DNA of 62,349 bases, counting the filler, from Sluysia triapertura (taxonomy: Eukaryota), in assembly GCA_046118255.1 (NCBI GenBank). It is 5 parts of 5 records of this genome, joined end to end, with 100 filler letters (N's around TTAATTAATTAA, not from the genome) between each part and the next. Parts side by side here need not be neighbours in the genome. Positions count along the whole stretch, not along the records: positions 1 to 14,562 come from JBJNIA010255078.1; 4 more parts are not named here. One strand, given 5' to 3'. Made by a program: the position numbers and the translations under genes. The notes under the pieces were generated by a model. It was given only the letters and a program-made list of their open reading frames with translations, was not told the origin of the DNA and did not search any database. The stretch's first letter is position 1. Each line of letters starts with the position of its first letter. Of the stretch, positions 1 to 12,308 are shown piece by piece.

Positions 1-2859
1 CGTTATAATATGAAAAATTTTATTAATTTATAAAACTAATGATTCCTTTATATATTGTCTTCAAAAATAAATTTTTTCGTAGAACGTAATTGAATAAACA
101 AATAAATTCAGTTTTTTCTTGAAGAATACTTTATAATGACTCATTTTTACTCTTGTTTTTAACTAACAATAAAACACTCTACTCTCATTGAATTTGTTAC
201 TTATATGATATTTTGTTGCTATTTTTAGAATATCAATAATAATAATAATAATAAACTATAATAAGAATATTTTCTAATAATAAAGTTTAATGATAACTAT
301 AATAATATTTTCTAATAATTTAATACAATTATTATTAAATAATTTATTTAAATTTTACAAAAATAATTCATTTAAAATTATTTACATAAATTTTTAATTT
401 ATTTAAATTCTACATTTATATATTACGTAAAGTTTACATTTTATTTATTTAAATTATATTACATATAGATTTTAGGTATTGTTTATGTTAATTATAGTAC
501 ATAAAAAATTTACGTTACTTATTCTTACATAAATGAATATAACTAATGTGGGCTAACTAACCAGAATCATATAAAAAATCACTTAAAATTTGATCAATTT
601 GATCAATCAGTCGCAGTGTTTACCATGACATCGTTGAAGTGGCTTGCCTATAGCAAGCGAAGTTTTACATTAGTAATTTATTCTGTTACGTATGAATGAT
701 TTTTTAGCAAAAATGCGATCGCTTATATTCGACGTATTTAATTCGTGTAAGCCAGACAATTTTAATAATCAAATTTCAACTTTAATTTCCAATTTATTAT
801 GTCAAAATGTATATCTGATAGTATATATTTGATTTGTATGATTATTTATTATTATAATTATTCTTTATGTTATTAATAGTGCTGGGTGTTTTTCTTAATT
901 TAAAAACCTAACATGCAGCAAACTAATTAATTATTATGAGTCCGTTTACACTATACCACTGTACCTGTAAAAATTACGTGAAATAAATTATCAAAATTAA
1001 TCGTACAGAAATATGCTTCACCTTAACTTAACAATAATGGGCAAAAATCGCCGTTTATATCAATTAACAACAGATAACTTAAAAACTAATTACGACCAAT
1101 GTTAGCTTATTAGTTATTTGAATTAAAATTAAGTGAATAATAATAGTATAAGAACGTACTCTTTCCTATATTTCTAAACTCTAATATGACGACCGTAAAA
1201 TTTAATAAAAATAATATCAAAATCAACGTAACTTTTATTTCTAAAAAGTATGTACTAATTAAGAGTTATTTCATAAATTAAAAATAGCTATAAACTTAAT
1301 TTAGATTTTACGGTTATATAACAAAAATTCACAATCACTCCAATAATCCTATTATTATACATAATAAGACAAAAAATAATGATAATTTAACAAAATGAAT
1401 AATGATAATTATTAATAACATCAAAAACAATAAAATTATAATATAGATAATATTGAAATTATATTAAGGACCTAGCCAAAAGACTCTGCCCTGTGATACT
1501 GATTTTATAATTGACCTTAAGGGCCAACTAAAGATTCGAGATTTTAGATTTTAGTTTGATTTTGTGATTGGCCTTAATGACCAACCGTGAAAAATAGTAT
1601 TTTAAGTATATTTTATAACTCTACGTGAAGTTAACAACTTATATAAACCAAACTTACGAATTTTAATTAATCAAAATCTTCGAGAATATTGTCCAAAATC
1701 GATCTGCCAAATGTAATTATTGCTGCTGTAGATGTGTTACCCCTCTAATCGGAGGCGCGGGGATCACACAATAATTGTGAGAAGAAATTAATGGATTAAT
1801 AGCTATGGATTTGTTGAAATTGGATGATACCACGATAAAATGGAGGACTGATTTCCTTATTGGCTCTTTCTTTATTTGATAATGGCGTCGAATTAATTAA
1901 TGATGGCGCTCTTCTTTGTTTATAATTTAATTGTGATTGTAATTACCTTTGTTTGTCTTCATATAGTCATAAAGACATTTTAAAGTTTTTATTTTAATTA
2001 AACAAACTTCTTTCGAGAAGTTTCTTTTTTATTATTTTTTAATTTATAATAATAATAATTTTAATTTTGATATAATTAAATTAATAATTTTTTAAATAAT
2101 ATAAATTTTAATAATTTTTTATAATTTCATTTTTCATACAAAAATCATAAAAATAAAAAATATAAAAATAAAATTTTTTACACCTTTACACTATGAAATA
2201 CCAATAAAAATTTTGGGTAGCTGGTAAATGGTTATCATTTGAAACATGATTATAATATTCACAGTTAAAGTTAATGTCATTAAATTTAGAATGTGCTTTG
2301 ATATTGTTTCTAATTTCTTTATCTAGTTCCACTAATAGAGGATGTTTTATTTCAATTTGTGATTTTAAATTATCCACGGCAAATCGCATTAAACGCTCAA
2401 CAATTTCCACCGATCTCACAGTACCGATCATACTTACTTTTATCAATTACTTACTTACCTATTAGCACGAGTCTTTGAATACCACTTTCTTTTAAAATAC
2501 TTTCAATGATAACAATATAGCCAAAAGTATTTAACAATATAGCTCTATCTACATCTATAAACCTTTTACAAACATTTGTAAACTTTTCCCAAAAACATTA
2601 TTTAGCTTTTTTAAAATTAAGATTAAAAATTAAATCAAAATTGAAATGATATTTTATAAAATAGTCATGTGATTAATGAACTTAAGCGCTTATTTATATT
2701 TCTTACTAAATGAGTTCGCAGAGTACTCTTTGTAATTTAGCAAGTGAGCGCATGCATATTCTTTACTCGATGCACAAAGACTACGCATAAAACCTAATAA
2801 AATAATAATGATTATTATTATATTTATTAATGTTACTTTTATTATATTAAAATTATTAT

Positions 2860-3060
2860 TGTAGTGAACTCAAGACTAAAAAGTTTTAACCATATACAAA
2901 ATTACAACCAATACAACACAAAATAAAATCTTAAACAAACTTCAACACAATCTTACACAAAAAATATCAAATCATCAAACAATACACATAAAACACAAAT
3001 ACAATTCTCAAAATATCGTACACCTTAAAATCGCACAATTTCTTATCAAAATTTAACATT
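2860..3060 (+). mobile_element. Solo-LTR-like G-poor tract (right end uncertain)
   Basis: Begins TGTAGTGAACTC as at 26718; extreme C/A strand bias. Confidence 0.4.
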
Positions 3061-3899
3061 ATTGAAATTACTGTTGTACCATTCTTGTCACTAATTTTAT
3101 ATTTTCTAAATCTCTTGACTTTGTATCTATATGAAGTGTTGTGGAATTATTGTTAGATTGATTGTTATTTTATAATTTTAAACTACTTTGAGTATATGCA
3201 ATAACTTTTGATATTATTTCGAAATTCAATAATACCAGTAATTACAGATCATGATAATTTATTCATATTTATTCCTACATATTTTCATTTCTACTAAACT
3301 TTGAAAATGTTTCACTGCTGTTTCTCTTTTCTTTAATTTTACGTATTACAGTGAGTTATACATTATGTAACATTTTAAATAAAATTTCTAAATAAAAAGT
3401 GCTAAATGTTTTAAATATTGCAAATAATATTTTGTAAAAAATTTAATTATACTTGCGAAGATGGTGTTTACTTAAAATTAGAATTTTTTGATAGAAATTT
3501 ATAACAGTTTTAAAATGATTGTTTTCATTGTATAATGTTTAAGACACTGTAAAATAATTTTATTGAAAAATATTAAACAAATAATTACTTAATTTTTTGT
3601 GTTGTAATTCCGTAATTTGACACTGTTCGAGAATTTATAACAATTATTATTACGTTTAGTAAAATGCTACTTACTATTGTACGTGGTTAATTGTTATATA
3701 TTTTTTAATTATTATCATTATTATTATATTATTATTATTATTACTATTAATTTTATTACTATTATTATAATTATTATATAATCCATAAAGTTCATGTTAA
3801 ATAAGTGGCAATAACAGTGACATTTTTACAGTTGCCAGTAGCAGTGAAGATTTATTTTATAAAATAATAAATTACACAGAAACAAAATCGAATAATTAC

Positions 3900-4879
3900 T
3901 GTGACTTGACAACTAGTTAAATGATAACCATGAATTCAATAGGAAAATAGAATCATGTTTCAACATTTCCTGATTATTTTTCTAAATGAATGAATTCATC
4001 TTATAGTAAACATGAAATTACATTTGCAGCTTGTAATATCAGTTAAATTTCCTACTGAAATTAATTTTCAAATATTTTCCTCTTTAGACGTCATTATTTG
4101 TGTTATGCATGCAATGAACCTACTTATTACAACGATATCCCAAATAGTTATTTAAGTTTGAAACTGTGCGATTTGAATATTATTTTTAACGAACCTCGTA
4201 AGGAATTCTCTGACTAACATGAACAATGTAATAAAATTAAGAGGCATTGTTCAAATTTAGTAATTGTGTATAAAAAGGTTTTTCGTAATACATCACTTGT
4301 ATTTCGTTTAAATAATTAGAATTATTATTCTAACAAAGAGTATAAGAGTATGTAAAAGAGTATAAAGATGACGATCGTAAAGTTGAACATTATAATGATG
4401 GCAACGAGGTTAAACACTACAACGATAATGATTACCAATCTAACTATTATAAAGATTATGACCATAAAGTCAGAGAGTATAAAGATAATGACGAGGATGT
4501 AAAAGATTATAAAGATAATGATCATAAAGTTAAACGCAACAATAATGATTATCACGAAGTTAATGGTAGTAAACAAGATGCTTACGAAGCTAACATGATT
4601 GCCTTTTGTCCATTCGCCACAGATAATCATGGAATATGCATGAAGAATGGAATTTTTTGTCGTTATACCCACACGGCATGCGAATTGAGAATTACCGAAC
4701 TAGTCAAGAACTTTAGTTTATCGACAACGATACCTGTTAACAATAAATCCTTTACGAACTCTCTGAAAGTAATTTGTTTTTTGTAATTTATTATTGTAAC
4801 AATATTGTAAATTATGTTTGTTCTTCAGATAGCCGAACGTGCAACTTCAATGGAGATACATACGGAAGACGGAGTTTAA
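3900..4879 (+). pseudogene. Gene with 10-aa acidic repeats and an Unkempt-type CCCH zinc finger (family copy C); 5' part disrupted or unresolved
   Basis: Open frame ~4346-4768 carries (VKEYKDNDHK)-like repeats and CPFATDNHGICMKNGIFCRYTH (C-x9-C-x6-C-x3-H, 4607-4672); GT-AG intron 4769-4828; last exon ends at TAA 4879. Start coordinate is approximate. Confidence 0.6.
4352..4588 (+). repeat. Coding tandem repeat, ~8 diverged units of 30 bp (one of 27 bp)
   Basis: Units such as GTAAAAGATTATAAAGATAATGATCATAAA, all multiples of 3 and stop-free in one frame. Confidence 0.85.
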
Positions 4880-6438
4880 CATTTAAAATTTTTATAAAAC
4901 TTTATGTGAACATTATGTGTTATCTTTTAAACAAAATTTTAAAGATTGTTTTCAATTTATAATTTTAAAAAATAAGTTAATAAAATTCAATGCATATTAT
5001 TTTAATCTAATAATAAACAATTATTTTAACTTTAATCCAAAGAATATAATGTGTAATTCAAAACTTATCAATAATCATCATTTAACATAAAGAAATTTGT
5101 TTTTCTCACAACAATAAACACATTTTTCAATTGCAGATTTAAGACCATTTTCAATCTTAACTTTATTGCTCTAGTACCTAATCGTCAAACAAAATTATTG
5201 TTATCATTATTATTATCACCATAGTTTTGTCACTGTCACATTATTTGCTTGTATGATGATAATATCAGTTCATTAAAGTTATGCTGATTTTCAAATATAC
5301 TAATTCTTTATACCTGCTTATATATATAGGTACGTCTGTACTTGTCCATCTATATGAGAATTTAAAAACACCTATTCTATTTCTGAAATAATATACCTTC
5401 CTAGCAGTGTATTACAAAATAAAGTATTATTATATCTACTGTTATTGGTATTATTGTCATAATTGTTTTTATTAATAATATTATTATATTTATTTTTAAT
5501 ATTACTATTACTATTATAATATATAGTATTATTACTATTATTAATATTATTATGTTAATTTTATTATTATTATTTAATCATTGTTTTGTTCTAATATTAA
5601 ATAAAAGTAAATGGAGTTAGATTAAGATTTTATTCTGAACTATCTAAAATAAATTATCAATATATCGAACCAGGTCAATCTTCGTGGTGATGCTATACGA
5701 GATAAATTACTCGCATGGTTTGATATATTTACTATTTTGTACTAGTTAGACCAAGTTATCATCCGAAATCCAATATCGTCTATACTTGTTTAAGCTACAC
5801 GCAGGTTTCATCATTATACCTATTTGTAATCATTTATTCAACATCGGTTGTATATGTATCTAAAATTTAACGTTTCAATTAGTCACATATGCTCTTATAA
5901 TTATAATATTAACAGCATACATAGCTACAACATCGCGCGTGTTACCAATATTAATGAGTTTTGGTAATCAAAAGTCACCAAATCATGAAATTATGTTACA
6001 GATTCCATTTCATTACTTTGTTCCAATTATTTTACATACCACTATTTTTATTCAATAACAATGTTAAAGAATTCTCTTAAGAAGTTTTACTAAATGAATT
6101 GATCAATTTTTGATGTTTAAAATATGTTATCATTTATCGTTTATTGTTTTTTATTATTGAAATTGGTTTTCATTAAAAAGTTTAATTTTAATGGCCTTAG
6201 GTTGATGTTGAATTGATAAAATTAAAAATAAAGTAAGGTCAGTACTATAAGCCTTATTATTATTATTGTTTTATTTCGTTATTTAAAATTAATATTGTTA
6301 TAATCATGGAGTTTATCTATTTGCATCTTAACAATATCATAGAATAAGACCAAAAAATAAGAAATATATCTTGAAAAAAACCAAAAAATATTAAAAAAGT
6401 GAAGTTTATTTAAAAAGGATTTACAGCTGATTATTTAA

Positions 6439-8066
6439 CCCTTTCAGGGTGGGACGCCAATCTGGTAGTTTTTTTAACGATGATTCGTCAATCAATAAGA
6501 ACTTTTCAGAGATCTTTATATCATATTAAAGATAATATCACGAGCTTTCATTTGATACCAAAACATGTATTCCCTAGAAGGATAAACTTGGTATTCTCAA
6601 TAAAATAAATTTTTGACTATTTTGTTTCACTGTTTCTCGTGTTTATGCTGATTGAGTTTAGTTTTATTCGTGTGATGGATATTTCAATGTCTTCTCAATC
6701 ATTTGATGAAATTTACAATGATTCTGGTTCAAAAACAGATATTTAAAACAATTCGAATACTGATTGTTATTAGGAATCAAATGATGATGAAACAAATTTA
6801 AATGAAGGCATCGAAAATAATTCTACGAATGGGATAAGCGGTAATTTTATGCTGAAAAAGTAGATTTTTGGCGCAAATGGTGGTATAATTGAAGAAGTTG
6901 GAATAGATGAGATGATCCACTGAATTACTTTAAATATTTCTTCGATAGTGAAATAATGCACTACATAGCTAAACAAACTTATATCAAGAATAACAACCAT
7001 TCATTCTGTCTCGTAAAAATAAGCAAAATCTCAGTATTCAAAAGCTTTATGTATTTATGGCAACGGTTTTATTGATGGGAATCGATTCGAAAGCCACTAC
7101 TGGTCACGCGATCCGCTTCTTATGAACCTAATGCTAGCAAGGGACAGATTTTTACTTATTTTGAAGTATATTCATTTCGCAGATGGTAATAAACTTTTCT
7201 AATCAAGAAACAAAACAAAAGTTTTCAGATGCGTTTGAACCATTTCAAAAAGTTTGTATCGATGAAAACTTTGTTTTCTGGAAACAAAGAGTTGGGTTTC
7301 GGCAATAAATACCATTAAAAGTATCGATTTGGAATCAAACTCTTTCTTTTATATGATTGCGAAACAAAAAATGCCCAAGTACAAAAATCGTCCGAAAAGA
7401 TGAAATGGGGTTCTACTGTAAAATCATATGACAAAATACATAGGCCAATGAAGAATTTGACATGTTGATAATTGGTATTCCTCTTTTCAAATATCTTTAT
7501 AAAACAATGCTGGTGTAGAAAAATAGAAAAGGGTTTCCGAAATTAAATCAAAAGATTTGGAAATGAGACATAATATACTTCAATAATAGGCATTCATTAA
7601 CGCTAAAATGGAAAGACACACAAGAGGTTTTCATGATAACTACCGTTCATGAGGCAATCATAGAAAATAGATAGAGAAACAAATAGAAATAGAAACGGGA
7701 ATTTATAATAGACTATAACCTAAATATGGAGTGGAATTAAAAAGAAAAAAGAAGCTAGATATAAGCATTATTAACGCCAAAATGGAAAGACAAGTGTTAA
7801 CAATTGTTCAATAGGCAAACATAGAAAATAGATAGAGAAACAAATAGAAATAAATAGAAACCGGAATAAATAGTAAACTATAACCTAAATGTGGATGCTA
7901 AAACTGGAGTGGAAGTAAAAAAGGAATTAAAAAGATATATACATAATGATTGTAATATTGGGTTATGTTTGCCAGAATGTTTCACTATATATCATACGAA
8001 AAAAACTTTTAGTTGAATAAAAATTTCATTCCGAAAAAACTTGATTTTTAGAAATAGCCGAAAGGG
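6439..8066 (+). mobile_element. Degenerate piggyBac DNA transposon with both ends
   Basis: TTAA at 6435-6438 and 8067-8070; termini CCCTTTC...GAAAGGG; disrupted transposase motifs YWSRDPLL, RDRFLLILKYIHFAD, VCIDE, RFGIKLF, DNWYSS, KWKD..EVFMITTVH, DYN..M and a C-terminal GLCLPECFTIYHT Cys-rich tail. Confidence 0.93.
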
Positions 8067-8536
8067 TTAAAGAATTTTCCAAAAAGAATTATATTCAAAA
8101 AAGGACTATAACGGAAATAATAAGTCTTGGTTCCAGACAAGCAAGTTTGACGACTCAAAAGCTTAAGATTTTATTTATTAGGTAGGAGATCCATAGGTAT
8201 TAAATATCTAATCTATTAAGTAAAAGCTAACTAGAAATCATTGATCTAAGAAAATATTTAAAAAACTTTCAATTACAAATACGAAGTTAATTATGTCCTA
8301 TAAAAAAGCTAATATAATTTGTGAAAGCATTAAAAATTTATATACAATCTTTACTAAATTTGTTAATCAGGAAGTATATTCCACATGTCATAAAGTAAGA
8401 AAAGTTAATTTTTTTCTTATAAGTGAAGTTAAAAGTTCATCCTAAAAGAAGTTAACATAATTAAGAAATTTGTGATTAACAAATTAACATTAATTTCAAA
8501 ACGTAAGATTTGTTAGTCATTAAGAAACAAAGTAAC

Positions 8537-8684
8537 CTTTTTCATTTATTAACCCATCTTTATCGGTATCAGCTTCATTTATCATAGCTAGAACGTCCTT
8601 GTCTGAAACTACTACTCCTATTAACTTCATGGTCTCTTTAATTTCAGAAGAATCAATACGTCCATCTTGGTTTTTATCAAACAT
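8537..8684 (-). CDS. Exon encoding an EF-hand pair of a calmodulin-like protein; other exons not located
   Basis: Minus-strand translation MFDKNQDGRIDSSEIKETMKLIGVVVSDKDVLAMINEADTDKDGLINEK has two canonical EF-hand loops and is bounded by AG and GT. Confidence 0.85.
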
Positions 8685-8912
8685 CTTAAAAACATGAAAA
8701 GAATAATTTAAACATGAAATAAGAATAAAATTGAAATTTTTTTACAAATTATTTAATTACTGCTCAGTTTGATAAATAAGTAGCATCTAAATTTAATTTA
8801 TACTTTGTTGATATTTGTTCAGTATACTGGGATGTGGTGTAAATGCTGCTATTTATAATACCATTGCTGATACTACTACTATTATTATTATATCATTATT
8901 ATTTAATTAATA

Positions 8913-10324
8913 TTCCCTTTGTCCCGAAATATGATATAAAAAAATTAAAAAAAATTAAATTTAACATAAAAATTATATTATATACATTTTTAACAAAATA
9001 TAATTGAATATAAATAATTTTATTATAATACAAATTTAATTAAAATAAAAGATTTGGCCCTATTGTACGCTTCTTCGGAACATAAACATTTTTCAGCTAA
9101 TTGACTCGCGCGACGAAGTTTTGCCTTATTTATATAAGGAATTTTATAAGAATTTCTTTCATCCATTAACATAATTGATTCTATATATGTTTGTAATATT
9201 TTTGAAACTTTATAAAGAATATTTCTTTCTGATTTATTAAATGAATTTTGAACACAATCAATCAATTAACCAATTGCGTTTAGCGAAACTTCATGTTGCA
9301 GCGATTGTATTGAGTTAAAAGAACCCCAAATCAAGTACATCTAAATCAGGACTATTTGGAGGCTGTAACTTAAATTTAATATTCGAACTATCAGTAGAAC
9401 CTACAACAATATTTATATCATTACCATGTGTGGTTTTGCGTTATCTTGTTATACGTAAATTTTGATTTAATTGTTGGAATAACATTTTCTATAATCATTT
9501 TTTACAATGAACAGCTGTATCAGATTCCACTTTTTCGTTATTATTGTTTTTTAAGGTCTGTTCTTAGAATTTCTTTGAGTCTGTTCTTGATATACGAAGA
9601 GGCATATTCCAATTTTAGCGTCAAAATGATGCTTTAGATGTGGCGGAGACACTACAGATATGAATATCACTTATAGTTTCTCTCAGGTTCTTCTTCGTCT
9701 GACAGTAGGTAATAAGAACATTTAATTTTACGAAGATGAAACCATTTTTCGTCAATATGAAAGTAGTCATATAAAGAAATCCGTTTTGACAAGCAAAACT
9801 GTAATCTTTACAATTTATTTTTCTCCGTTAGAGTAGGTTTAACTGTAGAAGATATTCGCTTAAAACAGTTTCGCTGTTTAAATATATCAAACAAAGTTGA
9901 TTTGGAATATTAATTGCGACAAAAAGACTGCGAATCTTTCCTCGACAATTTAATGGTATCTTTTTTATTCGAGTTCAATTGCCAGAATAATTTTTTTTCT
10001 TCCGTATTTTTCCTGAGGAAACATCGGCACATATTTTCCCTTCTCTGTATTGAGTTTGTGCTCTATGCTAAATTCTACTTTTACTTGAAATGCAGCAGCA
10101 ACTTCATTGATAGCACTGTGTTGTAAACTGTTCTCTTTCATGTACTGTAATAAGTTTTCTAGGATAACATGACGTAGTTCTTCAGTCGATTATTGTTTTT
10201 AATACTTTAGTGGAACACGTTATATGAATTCATTATTTTAACGGCTATATTTTATTTATAAGTTGCAGTTATTAGAAGAAAAAAATTGAAAATGTGTCCC
10301 AAAAATGGGATATTAATGGGACAT
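8913..10324 (-). mobile_element. Degenerate Tc1/mariner transposon of the DD39D (plant-mariner/Stowaway-type) group
   Basis: Minus-strand motifs HIDEKWF (~9742-9762), QDNAKPH, QPPNSPDLDVLDLGF..NSIQSLQ and NSYKIPYINK; left end TA-TTCCCTTTGTCCC resembles a Stowaway-type TIR; right TIR is only partial. Confidence 0.85.
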
Positions 10325-11859
10325 ATATATATATCAAATGTAGATTCGGCTTTATCTTTCAGCCTTTACTAGCTATTACTTTTACTCGTAAACACTTAAC
10401 AAAAGTCGATTTATATTTCTTAGGTAAAGGTGGTTTACAGGATTTTTGCGCAACAAATCAAAGAAGAAATGGTATGACTCTTTCAAACTTTAAGGTTTAA
10501 TTTACAACTTGTATTATTAAAAATTATATTATAATTCTTCTAATAAATTCAAATAAGCAATTATAAAGTGTATTAATCAAAAATAAAACGTAAGCGTAAA
10601 ATAAACAAAGTTTTAAAAATACAAAGATTTTTTAATAGATATTAAGATTTCTCTTAATACCGAAATGATAATTTTATAATTTAAAGCTACTATTAAAATA
10701 GCTCTAAAATTGTATGATTTTAAGTAATATATTAGCCCTCCCATCAAAAATGGATGAAACTTAATAAAATAATCTTAAGTCTTCATGGAAAGAATTGTTT
10801 TTTGACAATGTCTTTTGATTGTGTGAAATAGTAATAATCGAAGCTGTAAGTGACGATTGATTGATAAAATATTCACTGAAAATTTTGATGGTAGATCCAA
10901 ATTATATATCCTGACTGTATTTTGTTGTGAATGTTATTACAAATCCTGTCTCCTTTTATACTCTTTTAAAGGAATTATCTTTCAAAAAGGTAAGTGCGAA
11001 ATCATTTTTTCAAAACTAATTAATTTTTTCTAAAATTATCCACAAAGCAATTTAAAAAACAATTTTTTCAAAGCCAAGCAATTATTTTAATTTTAAACAA
11101 CTTAAAAAGCAATAATTAATTCTTTTCTAAAAACAATTTATACTTTTATTATTATTGTTGCTTTTATTGTTTATTATTATTATCCACAATTATTATTGTG
11201 ACAAACTACTTTACAGAATAAATACAAGAATTTTATTTTTATTTATTAATTGGTTATTGCACTTACTTTAATCAAATGGTACAAAATTTTACAATAATAA
11301 GTTGCTTTATTAAACTGTTTCCAAAATAATCACCAAATTGTTACTTAAAATTTATAATTTTGACTTTGGAAAACTCCACTTTATGTAATATTTTTCACTG
11401 ATATTATACTATGTCCAATAAATTCTTCACTTCCATTATATAATTTTTATACAACTAAGTTCTCTCTATATTTAACTGCAGTTTTATAATGTAGTTATGG
11501 ATACAGTTATAATGTGGTTAAAATTGTATAGTTAAAAGCATATATATGATTTTAATGCATCTAATATGGTCAAATTCTTCCAATGTATTCGTTAATATTT
11601 TAATCACTTAAAAAAGCAGGACAATGAGTATTTCATTGAAAATATCTAACGAATGTGATAATGCAGTGTTAGTTATAGCAGCCATTTTTACAAACAATTC
11701 CTATTTCAATATCATATTGGTGTATTATGTGTCGCTGTCACGATTATTATTTATCATTATTGGCCGAATGTGAAACAAAATGTACAATATAGATAAATTT
11801 TCTATGATCTGTTAAATTAGAAAAAATTTAAGCACAATAACAAAAGATCATTTAAATTC

Positions 11860-12160
11860 TCTATCACTACTTTCTGTTCCGATAGAAATAGTTGTGACGA
11901 AAACTCTTGAGCGTTTACCAGAAACTCTTCTTGACAATAAGTACATTTAATATTGGAATGACCAGAAGCTTATACAGTGCCTAATCATAAAGAAGAAACT
12001 GTAGCGAAAATCTGTCGAAAAAGTATTCAAAATAAAAGTATTATTAATCAAGGCACATAATTTGTCAATAAGTAATTAGAAACCATCACTGAAATCTTCA
12101 AAATTATGAAATTCACAATTACATCTTATCACCCATAATGCAATAATGAAAATGTTTGTA
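11860..12160 (+). mobile_element. Gypsy LTR retrotransposon integrase fragment
   Basis: Decayed rve motifs LPET..DNKY, PEAYTVPNHKEETVAK, NQGT*FVN and TSYHP*CN. Confidence 0.65.
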
Positions 12161-12170
12161 TATAGACCTA

Positions 12171-12308
12171 AGGTGCCACTTGGTATGGTTGACTATTCTA
12201 ATCTAAAAATTGTTAGACAGGGCTGATAGCTCAGTGGTAGAGCATCGAACTACGCAACGAGAGGTCCCGAGTTCGATCCCCGGTCGGTCCATTTTATGAA
12301 GTCTGACA
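12171..12308 (+). mobile_element. tRNA-Ala-derived element with inverted termini, copy 1
   Basis: TGTTAGAC(12211)..GTCTGACA(12308) encloses GGGCTGATAGCTCAGTGGTAGAGC..GTTCGATCCCCGGTCGGTCCA-TTTT; shares the upstream arm GTGCCA..TTGACTAT with the other copies. Confidence 0.85.

Noticed and set aside
4499-4530. FLAG-tag vector contamination
   Set aside because: Not the exact tag, embedded in a diverged native repeat with AT-rich codons and no vector sequence around it.
4325-4672. Hydrophobic 115-aa minus-strand ORF
   Set aside because: Antisense shadow of the plus-strand 30-bp coding repeat and CCCH finger.
12220-12291. Bona fide tRNA genes at the four tRNA-like loci
   Set aside because: Anticodon arms pair poorly and differ between copies, and the copies share non-tRNA flanks and inverted termini; annotated as a repeat family instead.
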